Origin: Octopus vulgaris
Lineage: Eukaryota
Assembly: GCA_951406725.2 (NCBI GenBank)
Contig: OX597835.1
Location: forward strand, 49,042,001-49,106,000
DNA: 64,000 bases
Direction of reading: 5' to 3'
Below, in pieces: positions 46,329 through 60,533 of the stretch. Positions within the stretch are counted from its first letter, which is position 1. Each line of letters starts with the position of its first letter. Made by a program: the position numbers and the translations under genes. The notes under the pieces are model-generated. The model was not told the DNA's origin. It did no database searches and saw nothing but the letters and a program-made list of their open reading frames with translations.

Positions 46329-46584
46329 TGTGTGTGTGCATATATGTATGTATGTGTGTATACATATTTTTGTGCAAAGTTTTTCGTCCTTTTCAGTGGC
46401 AGATGTGATGTTTCCTTCCTAAATATAGGAAGGGGTCAAGAGATTTAAGAGAGCGGGTTTTCTTTCGTTGTGCCTATTGAACCATCCGGATTGAAGCAGA
46501 TACCTCGAGACGTTCAGCAGTTGACATGAGGACCCATTGTCTCTGCTGCCGGTGTTGATATATCGTAAGGGATGGCCAGAATAG

Positions 46585-46595
46585 ATGATGATGAC

Positions 46596-46654
<59 letters not shown>

Positions 46655-46979
46655 GGAGGAGGAGGAGGAGGAGGAGGAGGAGGAGGAGGACAGTGGCAGC
46701 AGGAAAGACAACAGCAATGATGATTGTCTTGATGGTAATGAGAAGATCTGAAGAAGAAGAAGAAGAAAAAGAAAAAGAAGAGAAAAATGAAGAAGAAGAA
46801 GAAGAAGAAGAAGAAGAAGAAGAAGAAGAAGAAGAAGAAAACGAAGAAGAAGAGAAAAATGAAGAAGAAGAAGAATGAAACAAACAATTAAAGAAAGAAA
46901 GAAAGAAAGAAAGAAAAAGAAGGAGAATAAAAAGAAAAAGAAAGAAAGAAAGAAAGAAAGAAAGAAAAAGAAGGAGAAT

Positions 46980-47047
<68 letters not shown>
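46585..47047. repeat. Compound (ATG)n-(GAG)n-(GAA)n-(GAAA)n microsatellite
   Basis: Direct inspection. Confidence 0.95.
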
Positions 47048-47704
47048 GCTCCAACGATTGCAATATGAAAACAAAGCAGAGTTTCAAATTTCATAAGTAT
47101 TTATTCTGAAGAGAATTTTCCTTTCGACCTGTTTTTGTACGGAATTCCACCATTCTTGTTACCAAGTCGAATTCTTCAGAATGGCAACGTGGAATCATAT
47201 TCGAGTGCTTCTCTCTTATCTCGGCCAATCTTTCGCTGCTATATCGGTTTACACTCTTATTAATTCTAGTATGATATATGAGTGTATGGGTACAATATGC
47301 ATACATTCACACACCACACACATACATACACATACATATACATACATACATACATACATACATATACATAGACAAACACACACACATACATACATATATA
47401 CACATGTATGTATATATATATATTTATATAGGTCTACATACCCGCACACATTTATACATATACATTCGAATACACATATACTCACAAATACATATATATA
47501 TATAATTTCCTATATGATATACACACATACATACACACACACACATATATATATACGCGCATAAGTGTGTATACACACACATATCTTCTCATAAATGCAT
47601 TTACATATATACAAATATATTTGTGTGTGTAGACACTCACACACCATTTCTTAGAATAGATCAAAAATTTATACGTAAACTGAAAAAGGACAAAATATTT
47701 TTTG

Positions 47705-47790
<86 letters not shown>

Positions 47791-47944
47791 TCGTGCGTGT
47801 GTGTTTATATCCAGTTATAATAAGCAATTTTACATTAATCTGACGGATTACTCTGTACTTTTGTAGAGTACCAATTTATTATTCTTGAAACCAAGAATAT
47901 TGTTGACAGTGACTTCGAAGTTTCATCCAGCTAAATCATTGTCC

Positions 47945-48014
<70 letters not shown>

Positions 48015-48739
48015 GTGTATGTATGTATGTATGTATATATGTATGTATGTACGTATATATGCTCAGCTAAACGATTGCTCCATCTTGGTGTTGAAGGTAA
48101 AGAAAATGGTTGCTGCCAAATTGAAAAAAAGCTGTCATGGACAAATAAGAGGGTTCCAACAGGAATGAAAATAAAATTATAAACAAAATTCAAAATTTAT
48201 ACACTTTTAAGTCATATCAAACATGATAAACATAAATAAAAGTGAGTTTTTTTTTTAATGCATCCGATCTCACTCAAATCATCATTAATTCTGGGACATC
48301 CTGTAATTATTCGTCTGACGAAACAGCGGAGGGAACATGGGGAGGGGGTGATAATTGCAGGTGGTGGGCGTAGCTTCCGGAAGTGGTCACGTGGTCAAAC
48401 TCAAATGGCTGTGGGTCACAACAGCAGTTTGTTTTTTTGTATGAATATTTTGCATCATATAGTTCAGACATGGATGACATAGAAAGCCGACATGCTGCCG
48501 GCCATGCTGCCAGGACATGCTGCGTTGCGCAGGATTCGAAACGTGAAACATCAACAGAGCACTTCTGGAGAATGGATGGATGGGTTTGTTGTGCCTTTAC
48601 CCAGCCGCACACACATGCACATGGCCCGGTGGTGTGCGGGATGGTAACATAAAGCGGCTGATGACGGTGAAGGGGAATAGCAGCCCACACGGCGCCGACA
48701 ACATTTGTTATATTCTTCTTATTTCTTCTGCCAAATTGG

Positions 48740-49153
48740 ACAAAAAGGTTTTCATGAAATATTATTCGCTGCTTATCGTCGGAAAATGGCTTAAAACAAA
48801 GATAAAACCCAGTGCAGTATACTCAAATCTGATTGATCTGCATTTTGAGGGTGGGGCCATAGTCAGCGTCGGAATATTTTTTAGTCACCAGCAATTCGAG
48901 GAACCTGATTAATGTTTGTTGCAAATTTGGAGGAAAGCGACTGGATACTCTCCGAGTTACGCTGCGAAATGCTTTAAAATGCGGTTTATCTGCCCCTAGA
49001 CCCACATTAGACAAGAAATTGAAAATTTTTTTGGCCCTTGATACTCTATGGACCCTATGTAATGCATTGTGAAATTTCATTAAAATTGGTTGCGTGGATC
49101 TCAGGTTTTAACAAGACAAACACATAGACAGACACACATCCTGTGTTTATATA
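48740..49153. mobile_element. Probable Helitron/Helentron-type non-autonomous element
   Basis: Ends in aaatttcattaaaattggttg..acatagacagacacacatcctgtgtttatatata, the same end architecture as 31978-32480. Confidence 0.45.
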
Positions 49154-50648
49154 TAAACCGAACCACAGAAGAAACGTCACACACATACTCGATAGAAACC
49201 GGTTAATCGACAAACTGCTCTAGCATTGATTGAAGAGTGCTAATTAAGAAACCATTCTTCCCTAATGATAAAGCTTCATTTCCTGAAACATGTTTGATGT
49301 CACATGGTGTCATGTGTTGACTGAGTGTCCTGGATTCAAAGAGATGAACTCAATACGTTGTGTGACCACCGATAGCATTGATTACCACCAGGCATCTTCT
49401 GTACAATGAATGCACCAAACTGTTGATGATGGTCAAGAGGAATAGCAGCACACACTCTGTTAAAACTTGCTGTGAGTTGTGCCGCAGTTGTCATTTAGCC
49501 TTCTTTGGATTTCGTCCCACAGGTGCTCTATGGAGTTCAAGTTCGGACTTGGGGCTGGCCATGGCAGTGTCTGGATGTCGTGCTGTTGGAGGAAGTCTGT
49601 TGTCAACCTGGCAGTGTGGGCACAGGCGTTGTCATGCTGGAACTTGTGATTCCGATGGTAGAAAAAGTATGACACAATGTGAAGCCTCAAAACTTGGTCG
49701 ATGTAGCGGACATCGGTTACTTCATTGCCTCGGCCTTGACCGATGTTTTGGAAGACCACCAGTCCAAGTTTCTGGTTGAGTGCAATCCAGCCCCATGCCA
49801 ATGATGCTCTATCCTCCCCATGAGTCTCTCTCAACCACACAGCCATCGGCTTAATGTTCACCCCTTCTCCAAACCCTAGCTCTGGCATCTACCACAGAAA
49901 TGCAATATCGACTTTCAGCAGAGAAGACTACAGTCCTCCATTGCTGATATTGCCAGTTCTGATGTTTTTGAGCCCGCTGCAGACGTGCCTGTCGATGACG
50001 ATTTGTGAAGATGGGGCCCCTAGCTTGACGTCGACAAGACAGATTGAAAGATCTCAACCGGCAGCGAATATTCTCTACACAAATGGGTCTGTGGTGAGAC
50101 ACTATGGTCTGCCTAGCTGATTCCGTTGACCTCCGGAATCGGTCCTGAAAGTGTTGTCGGTGCAGGTGGCGATCTTGATGTGCCATTATAACCCTCGGTC
50201 GGCGACTACGTAGACAATCATCCGTGCTGTTTGTAGTGTTGTATCGTTCCCTCAGCTGCTCAATTGTCCGAATACTGCAGTACAAGTCCCAATGACCCAC
50301 GGACGTAGAGCAGCATGAAGGTATCTGATGGCTTGCTCCCTCTGGTTTCGTGTCAGTCTTGGCACGGTTGCTGCATTCAGAAAACGAATGACAGGCTAGG
50401 AAACTTGGGTGCCCCTTATACCTAATGAGTCAACGCTTTGCACTTGCATCATGCTTCTCGTAAAAATGCGTTCGCGAGACTTACCATGATCAAACCCTAC
50501 ATGCAATCTTTGTGTTTTCAAAAGAGAGTGGTTTTATGGGTCAGTGACAGCCTCCTGGTGTCAAATTACCTGGAAATGTGATCCATATAATCTCAATATC
50601 GCGTGTGAAGCAAATAATCTTTGCGACATTTCTTTTGTAGTTCAGTAC
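49154..50648 (-). mobile_element. Tc1-family transposon with disrupted transposase
   Basis: RSRRPR..RQARLQRA..WRTVVFSAESRY and FQHDNACAH..WPAPSPNLNSIEHLW motifs; degenerate TIRs aaccgaaccacagaagaaacgtc / gacatttcttttgtagttcagta. Confidence 0.9.
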
Positions 50649-50759
50649 ATATGTGTGTGTATGCATGTGTGTGTGTGTGTGTGTGTGTTCGTATGTATGT
50701 ATGTGTGCATATATGTATATGTAAAAAAGGGAGGCAGTAACAATTGATTACATCAACAT

Positions 50760-51815
50760 CAAAGAGGGGGATGTATTACTGGCCTTAGATGCGGTAGACG
50801 CAAACTCAGCTGCTGGCTCCGATGGATTCCCAGCAATCCTTCACAAGTCATCCAAACGAGCTCTTGCAAAACCATTGTAGTTTCCTTGCAAGTGGTAAGT
50901 TCCCAGGCAAACTGAAGGAGAGAATAATATGTCCTACACTTAAAGAAAAGAAGCAGAGCAGATGCTAAAAATTATAGCTCCATCTCTCTGACTTCGCACA
51001 ATTAGCAAAGTCACTTAACGAATAGTCCGAAGGAAACTAATTGAAGAGAATGATTTTCTGACTGATGTCCAGCATAGTCTTTGACCAAGTGGAAGCTGCC
51101 TAACACAGCTTTTGCAGCATTGCCACTTGATTTTAAAGCTGCTTCCCAACAACTCAAATGTGTGCGTGATATATCTCGACTTTGTAAAAGCTTTTGATAA
51201 ATTTAACTATAGTATATGTCACAATCAGCGTAATTTCAACATAGTCTACAAACTTGGAGACTGGTCACATGACTTTCTAAATGTAGTGGTGGCCAACGGG
51301 ACTTCCTCCAAGGAAATACAAATAAGGAGTGATGTCCTACTGGGCACTGTCTTGAGGCAACTGCTATTCATAGTGGGCCTCTCAAACATGCCCCCAGCTG
51401 ATCAGATAGTCGCTTTTGCTAACTATGCAGATGATACAAATGTCTCTGAGAAGATATAAGAATCCTAGAGATGTGGCACATCTGCAACAAGATTTGGGCT
51501 GATGGGCTGAGGGAAATAATTCGCAGTTTAATGCTGGAAAATTCATAGCCCTGCGCTAACAACACGTGAAGCTGAATGAAAGGCAGGCACGGGGGGAATT
51601 GCAATCGCTGAATCACAATGAGTGCCCGACTTGGGCAATGACGGAAGCGTATTACTAATTTCACAATAAAGTGCAGACGGTTGGCTGGATTGAGCCTTCG
51701 AACTTTCAGAACGAGATTAGATTCGATTACTGCTTCCAACTATGATAAAACACATAGTGTAGAATTAACGACAGAACTAAAGGCATTCTAGCGAAGCTGT
51801 AAAAGAGATAAACCA
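50760..51815 (+). mobile_element. Degraded CR1-like LINE reverse transcriptase fragment
   Basis: AAGSDGFPAIL, NYSSISLTS, SCLTQLL, IYLDFVKAFD, NYADDT; its 3' end aligns with the start of the 13061 LINE (acagaact..ggc..cgaagct). Confidence 0.85.
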
Positions 51816-51825
51816 TCTCAATGCG

Positions 51826-52185
51826 ACTTTTACGTTTTCAGTTCAAATTCTGCCGAGGTCGACTTTGCCTTTCATCCTTTTGGGGTTCGATAAAAAGTAA
51901 ATACCAGTTGAGCTCCGGGATCGATGTAACTGACTTTACCTTCACCTATGAATATGCTGGATTTGTGCCAAATTTCGAAATTATTATTAAACTGGATATA
52001 TACATATATGCACGTGCGCATATATATCTTTTACGTGTTTCAGTCGTTAGACAACGGCCACGCTGGGGCACTACATTGGAGATTTTTTTCTTTTAGTTGA
52101 ATGAATCGACACCAGTACTTCTTTTTGTTAAAGCTGAGACTTATTCTATCGGTCTCATTTGCCGAACCGCGGACATAAACGCACC
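51826..52185. mobile_element. SINE family A (+ 51826-51990) and family B tail (- 52028-52185)
   Basis: gaggtcgactttgcctttcatcc core; gtttcagtc..ggccacgctggggcac reverse tail. Confidence 0.72.
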
Positions 52186-52293
52186 AAGACTAAGCCCAAT
52201 ATCGAATCTCGATGGTCTCGTCTTCAAACAGTCCAGAATTGAAAGAGAAGCTGACCGTCGCTGAACACCATGCAGCCATAAACCATCAAAGTA

Positions 52294-52360
<67 letters not shown>

Positions 52361-52559
52361 GTGAATGTGTGCGTGTGCGTGTGTGTGTATGTACGTGTGT
52401 GTGTGTGTGTGTGTGTGTGAATGTCTCTGTGTATGCGCACACGTGTCTGATAGAATGAAAGAGAGAGAGAGAGAGAATTCAGGTTTATGTGTATTATATT
52501 TTTCTAGAATTAATTCTGTCAGCATCGAGTGGTTTTAAAATCCCCGAAGCTGTTACAGT

Positions 52560-53060
52560 TAAAACGCGTGAGACTGACTAAAAATAGCAGCCAAGTCTCC
52601 TCTAATGACCTCTCAACTATCTTCAACAACAGAAAGACATTTTCGGTATGAGTTAAAGTCTGTTTTGAATGTAGAAGACACAATTGTCTGGATTAGAAAG
52701 ATTTACGTCTTTCGTCTCTTCCGTTACGTCCCTCCTAAGCATTAAAAAAATACCAACTCTATGTGGTCAACTGACAAGCTAGAAATAATAGCCAAATATG
52801 CTTCAAATCAAAGAGAGCAGTCATAGAACCATAGAATGAACGTAGAACATTGTTGTCCCGGGCGCATATATTTAAACAAAAATGGAGTAGTCACGGGTAA
52901 CGCATTTAAACATAAAGCTGTGTCGTCAGAGTGAGGCATTTAAGATCTGCTATATAGTTGCTACATCTGCTAAAAATAGCAGTCACATCCTTTGAAAACC
53001 ATGTACTACTGTCTACAAGTAAAAAGAAGATCACATTAAATAATTCATTTCCTTCATATG
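52560..53060 (+). repeat. Second array of three ~195-nt monomers of the unnamed repeat
   Basis: Hairpin/ccaa motif ending at 52590, 52791 and 52982. Confidence 0.62.
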
Positions 53061-53104
53061 TTCATGTTTTGTTAAATGCTTTCCCAAATAAAATTCAAAT
53101 TTAA

Positions 53105-53184
53105 AGCACTGATGAAGCTATAGGGTGATACACAAGCACACAACTAATAGTGCATTGCATCTTACAACAGAAACTGCTGTAAGC
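53105..53184 (+). ncRNA. Degenerate hammerhead with long stem II
   Basis: gca CTGATGA A gctatagggtg..catcttacaac a GAAACTGCTGTA agc. Confidence 0.5.
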
Positions 53185-53371
53185 TGATGAAGTGCATGGC
53201 GTCATTTCTTATTCTCTAGTCATTTCCTTCCTTATTGTTGTTGCTCTCTACTCAACTGACACCTTTCTCGAGAGCAAATATATATTGAGTACTAACACTA
53301 GGTTATCAGTGTCACTATGTCTAAGCGAAATAATAAAATATACACTTATAAATAAGTGTTTGTGTTTATGT

Positions 53372-53413
<42 letters not shown>

Positions 53414-53656
53414 CATATGTATATATATACATACATACACACACATACACATGTATACATACATACACATAGGCACGAGTACATAGAAACAAATGTGTAG
53501 TGCCATTTAATCTTTTTAAAAATTCTAGGAATGTAATTACAGCTTAATTGCTTAGAATCCAATCCTTTCGCGCCGCTGTCTAAGGAATTTGAAGTTCTGT
53601 TCTATACAAAATAACTAAATAGATACCAAGCATACAAATACACTTTGATACATACA

Positions 53657-53687
<31 letters not shown>

Positions 53688-53878
53688 GAGTGTGTGTATC
53701 TGTGAGTGTATGCGCGTGTGTGTGTTTGAAGGTATGTATGCTTATACGCTTATACACACGCATACACATACACACATACGTATATATGTGTGAGGTTGTA
53801 TATTACAGAAAACACGCACACACACACACACGTATATATGTATAGGTTGTATATACATACATATATACATATATATAC

Positions 53879-53954
<76 letters not shown>

Positions 53955-54157
53955 CACACACACACAGAATGTATGGGTAGATGGATGGATGATGGATGTC
54001 TAATGTTTTTCTTATTATTATAACACAATGTCTATAAAAGATATTCACAAGAATAAATTATTCAGCTAATCTGTTTTATCATTATGTCAAAATTTCAGTC
54101 GACTCCACGATTAATCTCCCGGTATTACAGAAAACACGCACGCACACACACACACAC

Positions 54158-54189
<32 letters not shown>

Positions 54190-54195
54190 GCATAC

Positions 54196-54760
<565 letters not shown>

Positions 54761-54789
54761 ATGTATGTATGTATGTATTTATATATATT

Positions 54790-55648
54790 TTACGATGGTT
54801 TTCTGTATTGCATTCAGAAACTGCAGAAATGGTGTTTACATTGATTATCGAACCTCTGGCAACATATTTAATATCAGGCACCTTGCTGCAAAAGCAAAGG
54901 TATTGACATCAATCACAAGAGACCTTTTGTATGCAGATGATTGTGAGCTATTAGCACACACAGAGATTGATATGAAACACATTTAGAATGCATTCTCTGA
55001 TGCTTGCACTGCCTTAGGATTGACAGTCAGTCTCAAGAAAACTGTTGTCATGCATCAACCTGCCCCTGGTAAGCAGTATAGTGTACCAAATATCTATGTA
55101 TATCGTAAACGACTTGATGTAGTTGATCAGTTTGTCTACCTGGGAAGCACTGTTGATAGATATAGCAATTTGGATGATGAAATTCCATACAGAATTAGGA
55201 AAGCAAGTGATGCTTTCGGAAGGCTAGAAAGGCGCATCTGTAGTCGGCGAGACATATGCAGAAGGGTCTTCCTATGATGCTGACATGCAGTGTTTATGCA
55301 AGACCCTGCCTCAGTAAAGCTGGATCGAAGAGTCATCTTCGTAGTCATAAAGCGAGACAGATGAGTGACAACCTGGCCACTGGTGGTGTAACACACCATA
55401 CTAATCATATCTGTCGGGCATGTGGAAGAGAGTGTAATTCGGCAGGAGGACTTAAATGACATGCAAAGGTACACGAAGCCCAGTTACAACTACAGCCGGC
55501 TATTACCAGTGAAGGTTTTAGTTGCCAATTCTGTACAAGACATTGTAGATCTTTAGCTGGGCTAAAAAGTCACATTCGACCACAGCACCAATAACAGTTA
55601 AGCTTCGTGCAATGGGCATACTCGATAACGAGGGGGAAGCCATCATAT
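54790..55648 (+). mobile_element. RTE (BovB-like) LINE 3' fragment, internally deleted
   Basis: DLLYADDCEL, GLTVSLKKTVVMHQP, FVYLGS, RIRKASDAFGRL; then three C2H2-like fingers, a stop at ~55594 and a short 3' UTR. Confidence 0.88.
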
Positions 55649-55701
55649 GTATGTATATATAATAGTATGTTATATTTGCAAATAGTAATGGGATGCTATG
55701 A

Positions 55702-55747
<46 letters not shown>

Positions 55748-55870
55748 CAATATATTCCTTAATACTATTGTTGAATATATTATATATCTGTGACTATTTT
55801 ATTTCTCATTGACGCTGGTTGCGAAAATTTTCTTGAATTTTCTTGAATTTTTTGCTACTTATATTGATAA

Positions 55871-55927
<57 letters not shown>

Positions 55928-56229
55928 ATAAATGGAATAAAAACGCAATAGAAGACATTAAAACGTTCGGAACGTTAGATGATACAAAGGCGGACAAGAG
56001 AAACAACAATTAAAAGGTTGGCGAAAAAAGAGGGGGCATTCCTAGCTTTCTTTCATCATTCAAATCCCAGAAGTCACGACCATTTCGGGCAGTTACACTC
56101 GAGATGGTTCGATCTGGTTGCACCTCCCCCCCCCAAATCTTAACCAAGAGCATTAGACCATATATGGCAAATGAAAGGCCAAAGTTGGAATATACAAGAA
56201 TATATTATTAATCCCAACACATCTACCAT

Positions 56230-56970
56230 CTATGTATGCATGTATGTATGTATGTTTGTATGTATGTATGTATGTGTGTATGTATGTGTGTGTGTATGTA
56301 TGTATGTGTGTATGTATGTATGTATGTATGTATGTGTGTATGTATGTGTGTGTGTATGTATGTATGTATGTATGTATGTGTGTATGTATGTATGTATGTA
56401 TGTATGTATGTATGTATGTATGTATGTATTTATGTATGTATCTATGTGTGTGTATGTATGTATGTATGTATGTATGTATGTATGTATGTATGTGTGTGTA
56501 TGTATGTATGTATGTATGTATGTGTGTATGTATGTATGTATGTATGTATTTATGTATGTATGCATGTATGTATGGATGTATGCATATATGTATGTATGTA
56601 TGTATGTGTGTGTATGTATGTATGTATGTATGTATGTATGTATGTTTGTATGTATGTATGTATGTATGTATGTATGTATGTATGTATGTATGTATGTGTG
56701 TATGTATGTATGTATGTATGTATGTGTGTATGTATGTATGTATGTATGTATTTATGTATGTATGCATGTATGTATGTATGTATGCATATATGTATGTATG
56801 TATGTATGTGTGTGTATGTATGTATGTATGTATGTATGTATGTATGTATGTATGTATGTATGTATGTATGTATGTATGTATGTATGTATGTATGTATGTA
56901 TGTATGTTTGTATGTATGTATGTATGTATGTATGTATGTATGTATGCATGTATGTATGTGTGTATGTATG
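56230..56970. repeat. ~740-nt (ATGT)n microsatellite with GT variants
   Basis: Direct inspection. Confidence 0.97.
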
Positions 56971-57147
56971 TCTTGCTCAAAAGCACAACATATAGCCCGG
57001 TCTGGGATGTATATATATATATGAGAGGTATTAGTATCCAGAAGACCCAGAATGTTATGTGAGGCTATGGAAGGACAGTAGTTAGACTCGGTTCAATAAT
57101 AATACAAGTGAGGAGTCTAATGCGGGTCTTCTGTGTTTGTGTGTGTG

Positions 57148-57384
57148 TTAAATAAAATGAGACAAGAAAGTCAAGGCTGTGTGGAATTTTCAGGGCATTT
57201 ATAAAGAGAAAGTTTGTCTTACAGCTGTTTCTGGGATATTAGCGATATCCCATCATCAGAGACGGTATGAGAGAGGTAAATAGTAGACTCCTTATATTGA
57301 ACTTTACTATTCCCCTCTTTTTTCTCTTTATAAATGTCCTGAAAATTCCACACAGTTTCGGCTCTGTTGTCTCATTTTATTTAA
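57148..57384. mobile_element. Inverted PLE terminal-repeat arms enclosing a canonical hammerhead
   Basis: Arms 57148-57211 / 57321-57384 are reverse complements. Confidence 0.72.
57216..57263 (-). ncRNA. Canonical minimal type-I hammerhead ribozyme
   Basis: gtct CTGATGA tgggatat-cgcta-atatccca GAA ACAGCTGT A agac: intact core, 8-bp stem II, palindromic stem III, GUA triplet. Confidence 0.88.
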
Positions 57385-57397
57385 TGTATGTGTGTAG

Positions 57398-57585
57398 GGC
57401 CACCATCGCTTGACAACCGATGCTGGTGTGTTTATGTTACCGTAACGGAACGGTTCGACAAAAGGATAAGTACTAGGCTAACAAAGAATAAGTCGTGGGG
57501 TCCATTTCTTCGACTAAATCCCTTTAAGACTGTGCTACAGCATGGCCGCAGTCAAATAACTAAAACATGTAAAAGAATGAAAGAA
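57398..57585 (+). mobile_element. SINE family B 3' half
   Basis: catcgcttgacaaccgatgctggtgtgttta..cagcatggccgcagtc. Confidence 0.75.
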
Positions 57586-57598
57586 TACACACACTCAC

Positions 57599-57631
<33 letters not shown>

Positions 57632-57874
57632 GGCTACTCTCAAACTTTTACACTTGGATCAGTCTTTCGTTAAGTCCGGTAGTGTTGACCACCCTGTTTG
57701 AAGAACATAATGTAAAATAACTGGAAACCCTAGAACAGATAATAAAAGTACGTTGATTGTTCCTAATCAGGGTGTCAGGGTGGCATGTTCGCAAAATCGT
57801 TGCAGCATCGGGAAAAAATGCCCTGTGGTAGGTATTGCTTCCTTTTCTTTACATGATCGAATTAAACTTTCATT

Positions 57875-58800
57875 CCCCAAGGGTCAATAAAATCAAGTGC
57901 CAATCAAGTTCTCGGTAGACTCTATCGCAACGTATCATCAGATGAAAGGATGGGCGTAGATCAGCAGAAGCCCATTCATGGATCTGATGGTAGAAAGCTC
58001 TGGAATGATAGTAACATTGATAATCAAAGCAGTCAATCATGGACTAATAACCAGATTACTAATTCTCTTTTCAAAGGGTTGGGGTTGCAAACCAGGAGCA
58101 ACAAATGTCAACCTGTTCCAGGAAAGCGACGGAGATGCACTAAAAAACCCCACGATGGGATGACCGATGCAGGCTTTGTGGATTTAATACCGAAGATATC
58201 ATCCACATCATAAGCTACTGCACGAAAATGTCATCATGGTTTTATCTACCGATGAGACATGCTGTTATAGCCAAGACACTGTATGATGAGATCCGTCGGA
58301 AGGATAAACCAAAAAAATAAGAAACAAGAGAATGGTAAAGACCCTGGCCATTCATAATAAGAAAAAATACTGGTGGAATGTTCCAGTGAAAACCTGTCAG
58401 ACGTAAACATAATAGACCAGACAAAGATTTGGGACAGAGAAGCGAAACTGTGTACAGTTGTGGAAATTAGCTTCCCAGCGGATGTTAACATAAAACTGAA
58501 GATCAGCGAAAAAGAAAACACCTACCCTGAACTATTGAGAAATTTACCGGATTACCCGGATTACTCTACCCGGATTACAAGTTCAGGATATGCGACAAAC
58601 TAGTCAGCACCAGTTTTGAGAGATTAGGCTTCTTAGCACCAGAAAGGAGAAATCTGTTTCGAAGGCTACGAATCCAAGCCATCACTGGAGCTGTAAAAAT
58701 TCATAAAACTTTCCAGAAGTTTATCATTTAAGTGTATGTGCGCATGTCTAGACATGCAACTATATGCATGAGAATACATAAAACAAAACATAAAGATCTA
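57875..58800 (+). mobile_element. R4/Dong-clade LINE C-terminal fragment (restriction-like endonuclease)
   Basis: QQKPIHG, PMRH, HNRPD, IWDREAKLCTVVEISFPADVNIKLKISEKENTYPEL (PD..D/ExxxP..K..Y RLE motif); frameshifted. Confidence 0.8.
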
Positions 58801-58822
58801 CACATGCGCACCGACTCCAAGT

Positions 58823-59253
58823 ATTCTTTTCTACTCTAGACTCAAGTCCCGAAATTTTGGGGGAGGGGCCAGTCGATTAGATTGAACCCAGTACGTAACT
58901 GGTACTTAATTTATCGATCCCGAAAGGATGAAAGGCAAAGTCGACCTCGGCGGAATTTGAACTCAGAACGTAGACAGACGAAATACTGCTAAACATTTCG
59001 CCCGGCGTGCTAACGTTTCTTATTTCTTTACTGCCCACAAGGGGCTACACACAGAGGGGACAAACAAGGACAGACAAACGGATTAAGTCGATTATATCGA
59101 CCCCAGAGCGTAACTGGTACTTATTTAATCAACTCCGAAATGATGAAAGGCAAAGTCGACCCCTCGGAGGAATTTGAACTCAGAACGTAGCAACAGATGA
59201 AATGCCGCTAAACATTTTGCCCGGCGTGCTAACATTTCTGCCAGCTCGCCGCC
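58823..59253 (-). mobile_element. Two tandem SINE family A copies
   Basis: 58823-59016 and 59020-59253, each with gaaaggcaaagtcgacc..aatttgaactcagaacg. Confidence 0.85.
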
Positions 59254-60193
59254 TTATTGACTCCAAATATTGCACATATACACACACACATGCAAAATTA
59301 CCCTGTCGATGCTGTTGAAAGAGGCTTGGATCTAGGTTAGAAACCGGCTTCTTCTTCTCCACTGGCAAGAAATCTTCAAATATAAAACTGAATAATGACA
59401 TACGTAAGTGCTTATCGAGTTTCTGCTGAAATTTATTCCTTTTCTGATATCAAATGATTAAATATTTTTAGTGGGAGTCGGGGATGGGGGGCCCAAGTGT
59501 TGATTTCTGTCTGTAGTTTCATACCAATGACCCCGCTCCACCACCATCCTTCACAATCACCATCACCATCACCACCATCACACGTTCACCATCAACCACC
59601 AACCCCACCATCACCACCACCACCATCACCACCATCACAACCACAGCTATCATCCCCAGTATCCTCACTATCACCACATTCACCACTATGACCACCATCA
59701 TCACCGCAACCACTCACTATCAGCATCACCGCCATCACCTTGTGTCAACCACTGCGATACTGTTACCATAGCCACCACCACTACAAACAACAACCCTCCC
59801 AGCAGCACCACCACCCATACAACCAGTGACCACCTCCTGCAATTGACAAAAGAAAGGCTCTCTACGTGGTTACTTAGTTTGTTAGAAATGGCAGCTAGAA
59901 CCCACCCTCAAATCACTATCATCTTGAGGCAAGAATAACGAAGGACACAAAAACATAAGCAGGATTGTGATAACCACTCAAGCAGATCTGACAACAACAA
60001 CAAAATCAGTAGTGCAAATATGGCCGTCCAGTTAAGGTGTTGGCTACGTATATGGGTACTTCTGAGTTCGATCCACTCTATGATGCCTCAGACATGTGCG
60101 TTCCACCATAGCTTTGGCGTTGATAAATGCTTTGTGAGATAGGAGGCCTAAAGATGAAAATGCAGCGAAACACACACACATACACAGACGCTC

Positions 60194-60224
<31 letters not shown>

Positions 60225-60419
60225 CGACAGGCTTCTTTCAGTTTCCGCTTACCAAATCCACTCACAAGGCTTTGGTCGGCCCAAGACTAGTTACCTACCA
60301 CACAGTCATGCCTGCGTTTGTTCAAGTTTTAGTACTCAGTTTCACTCTCTTCTTTGTCTGCCTGTCTCTCTCTCTCTCACTCTCTCTCACTCTCTCTCTC
60401 TCTATATATATATACATAC

Positions 60420-60533
<114 letters not shown>

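Noticed and set aside
46429-46564. Possible exon between tatag and gtaagg
   Set aside because: Stop codons in all three frames.
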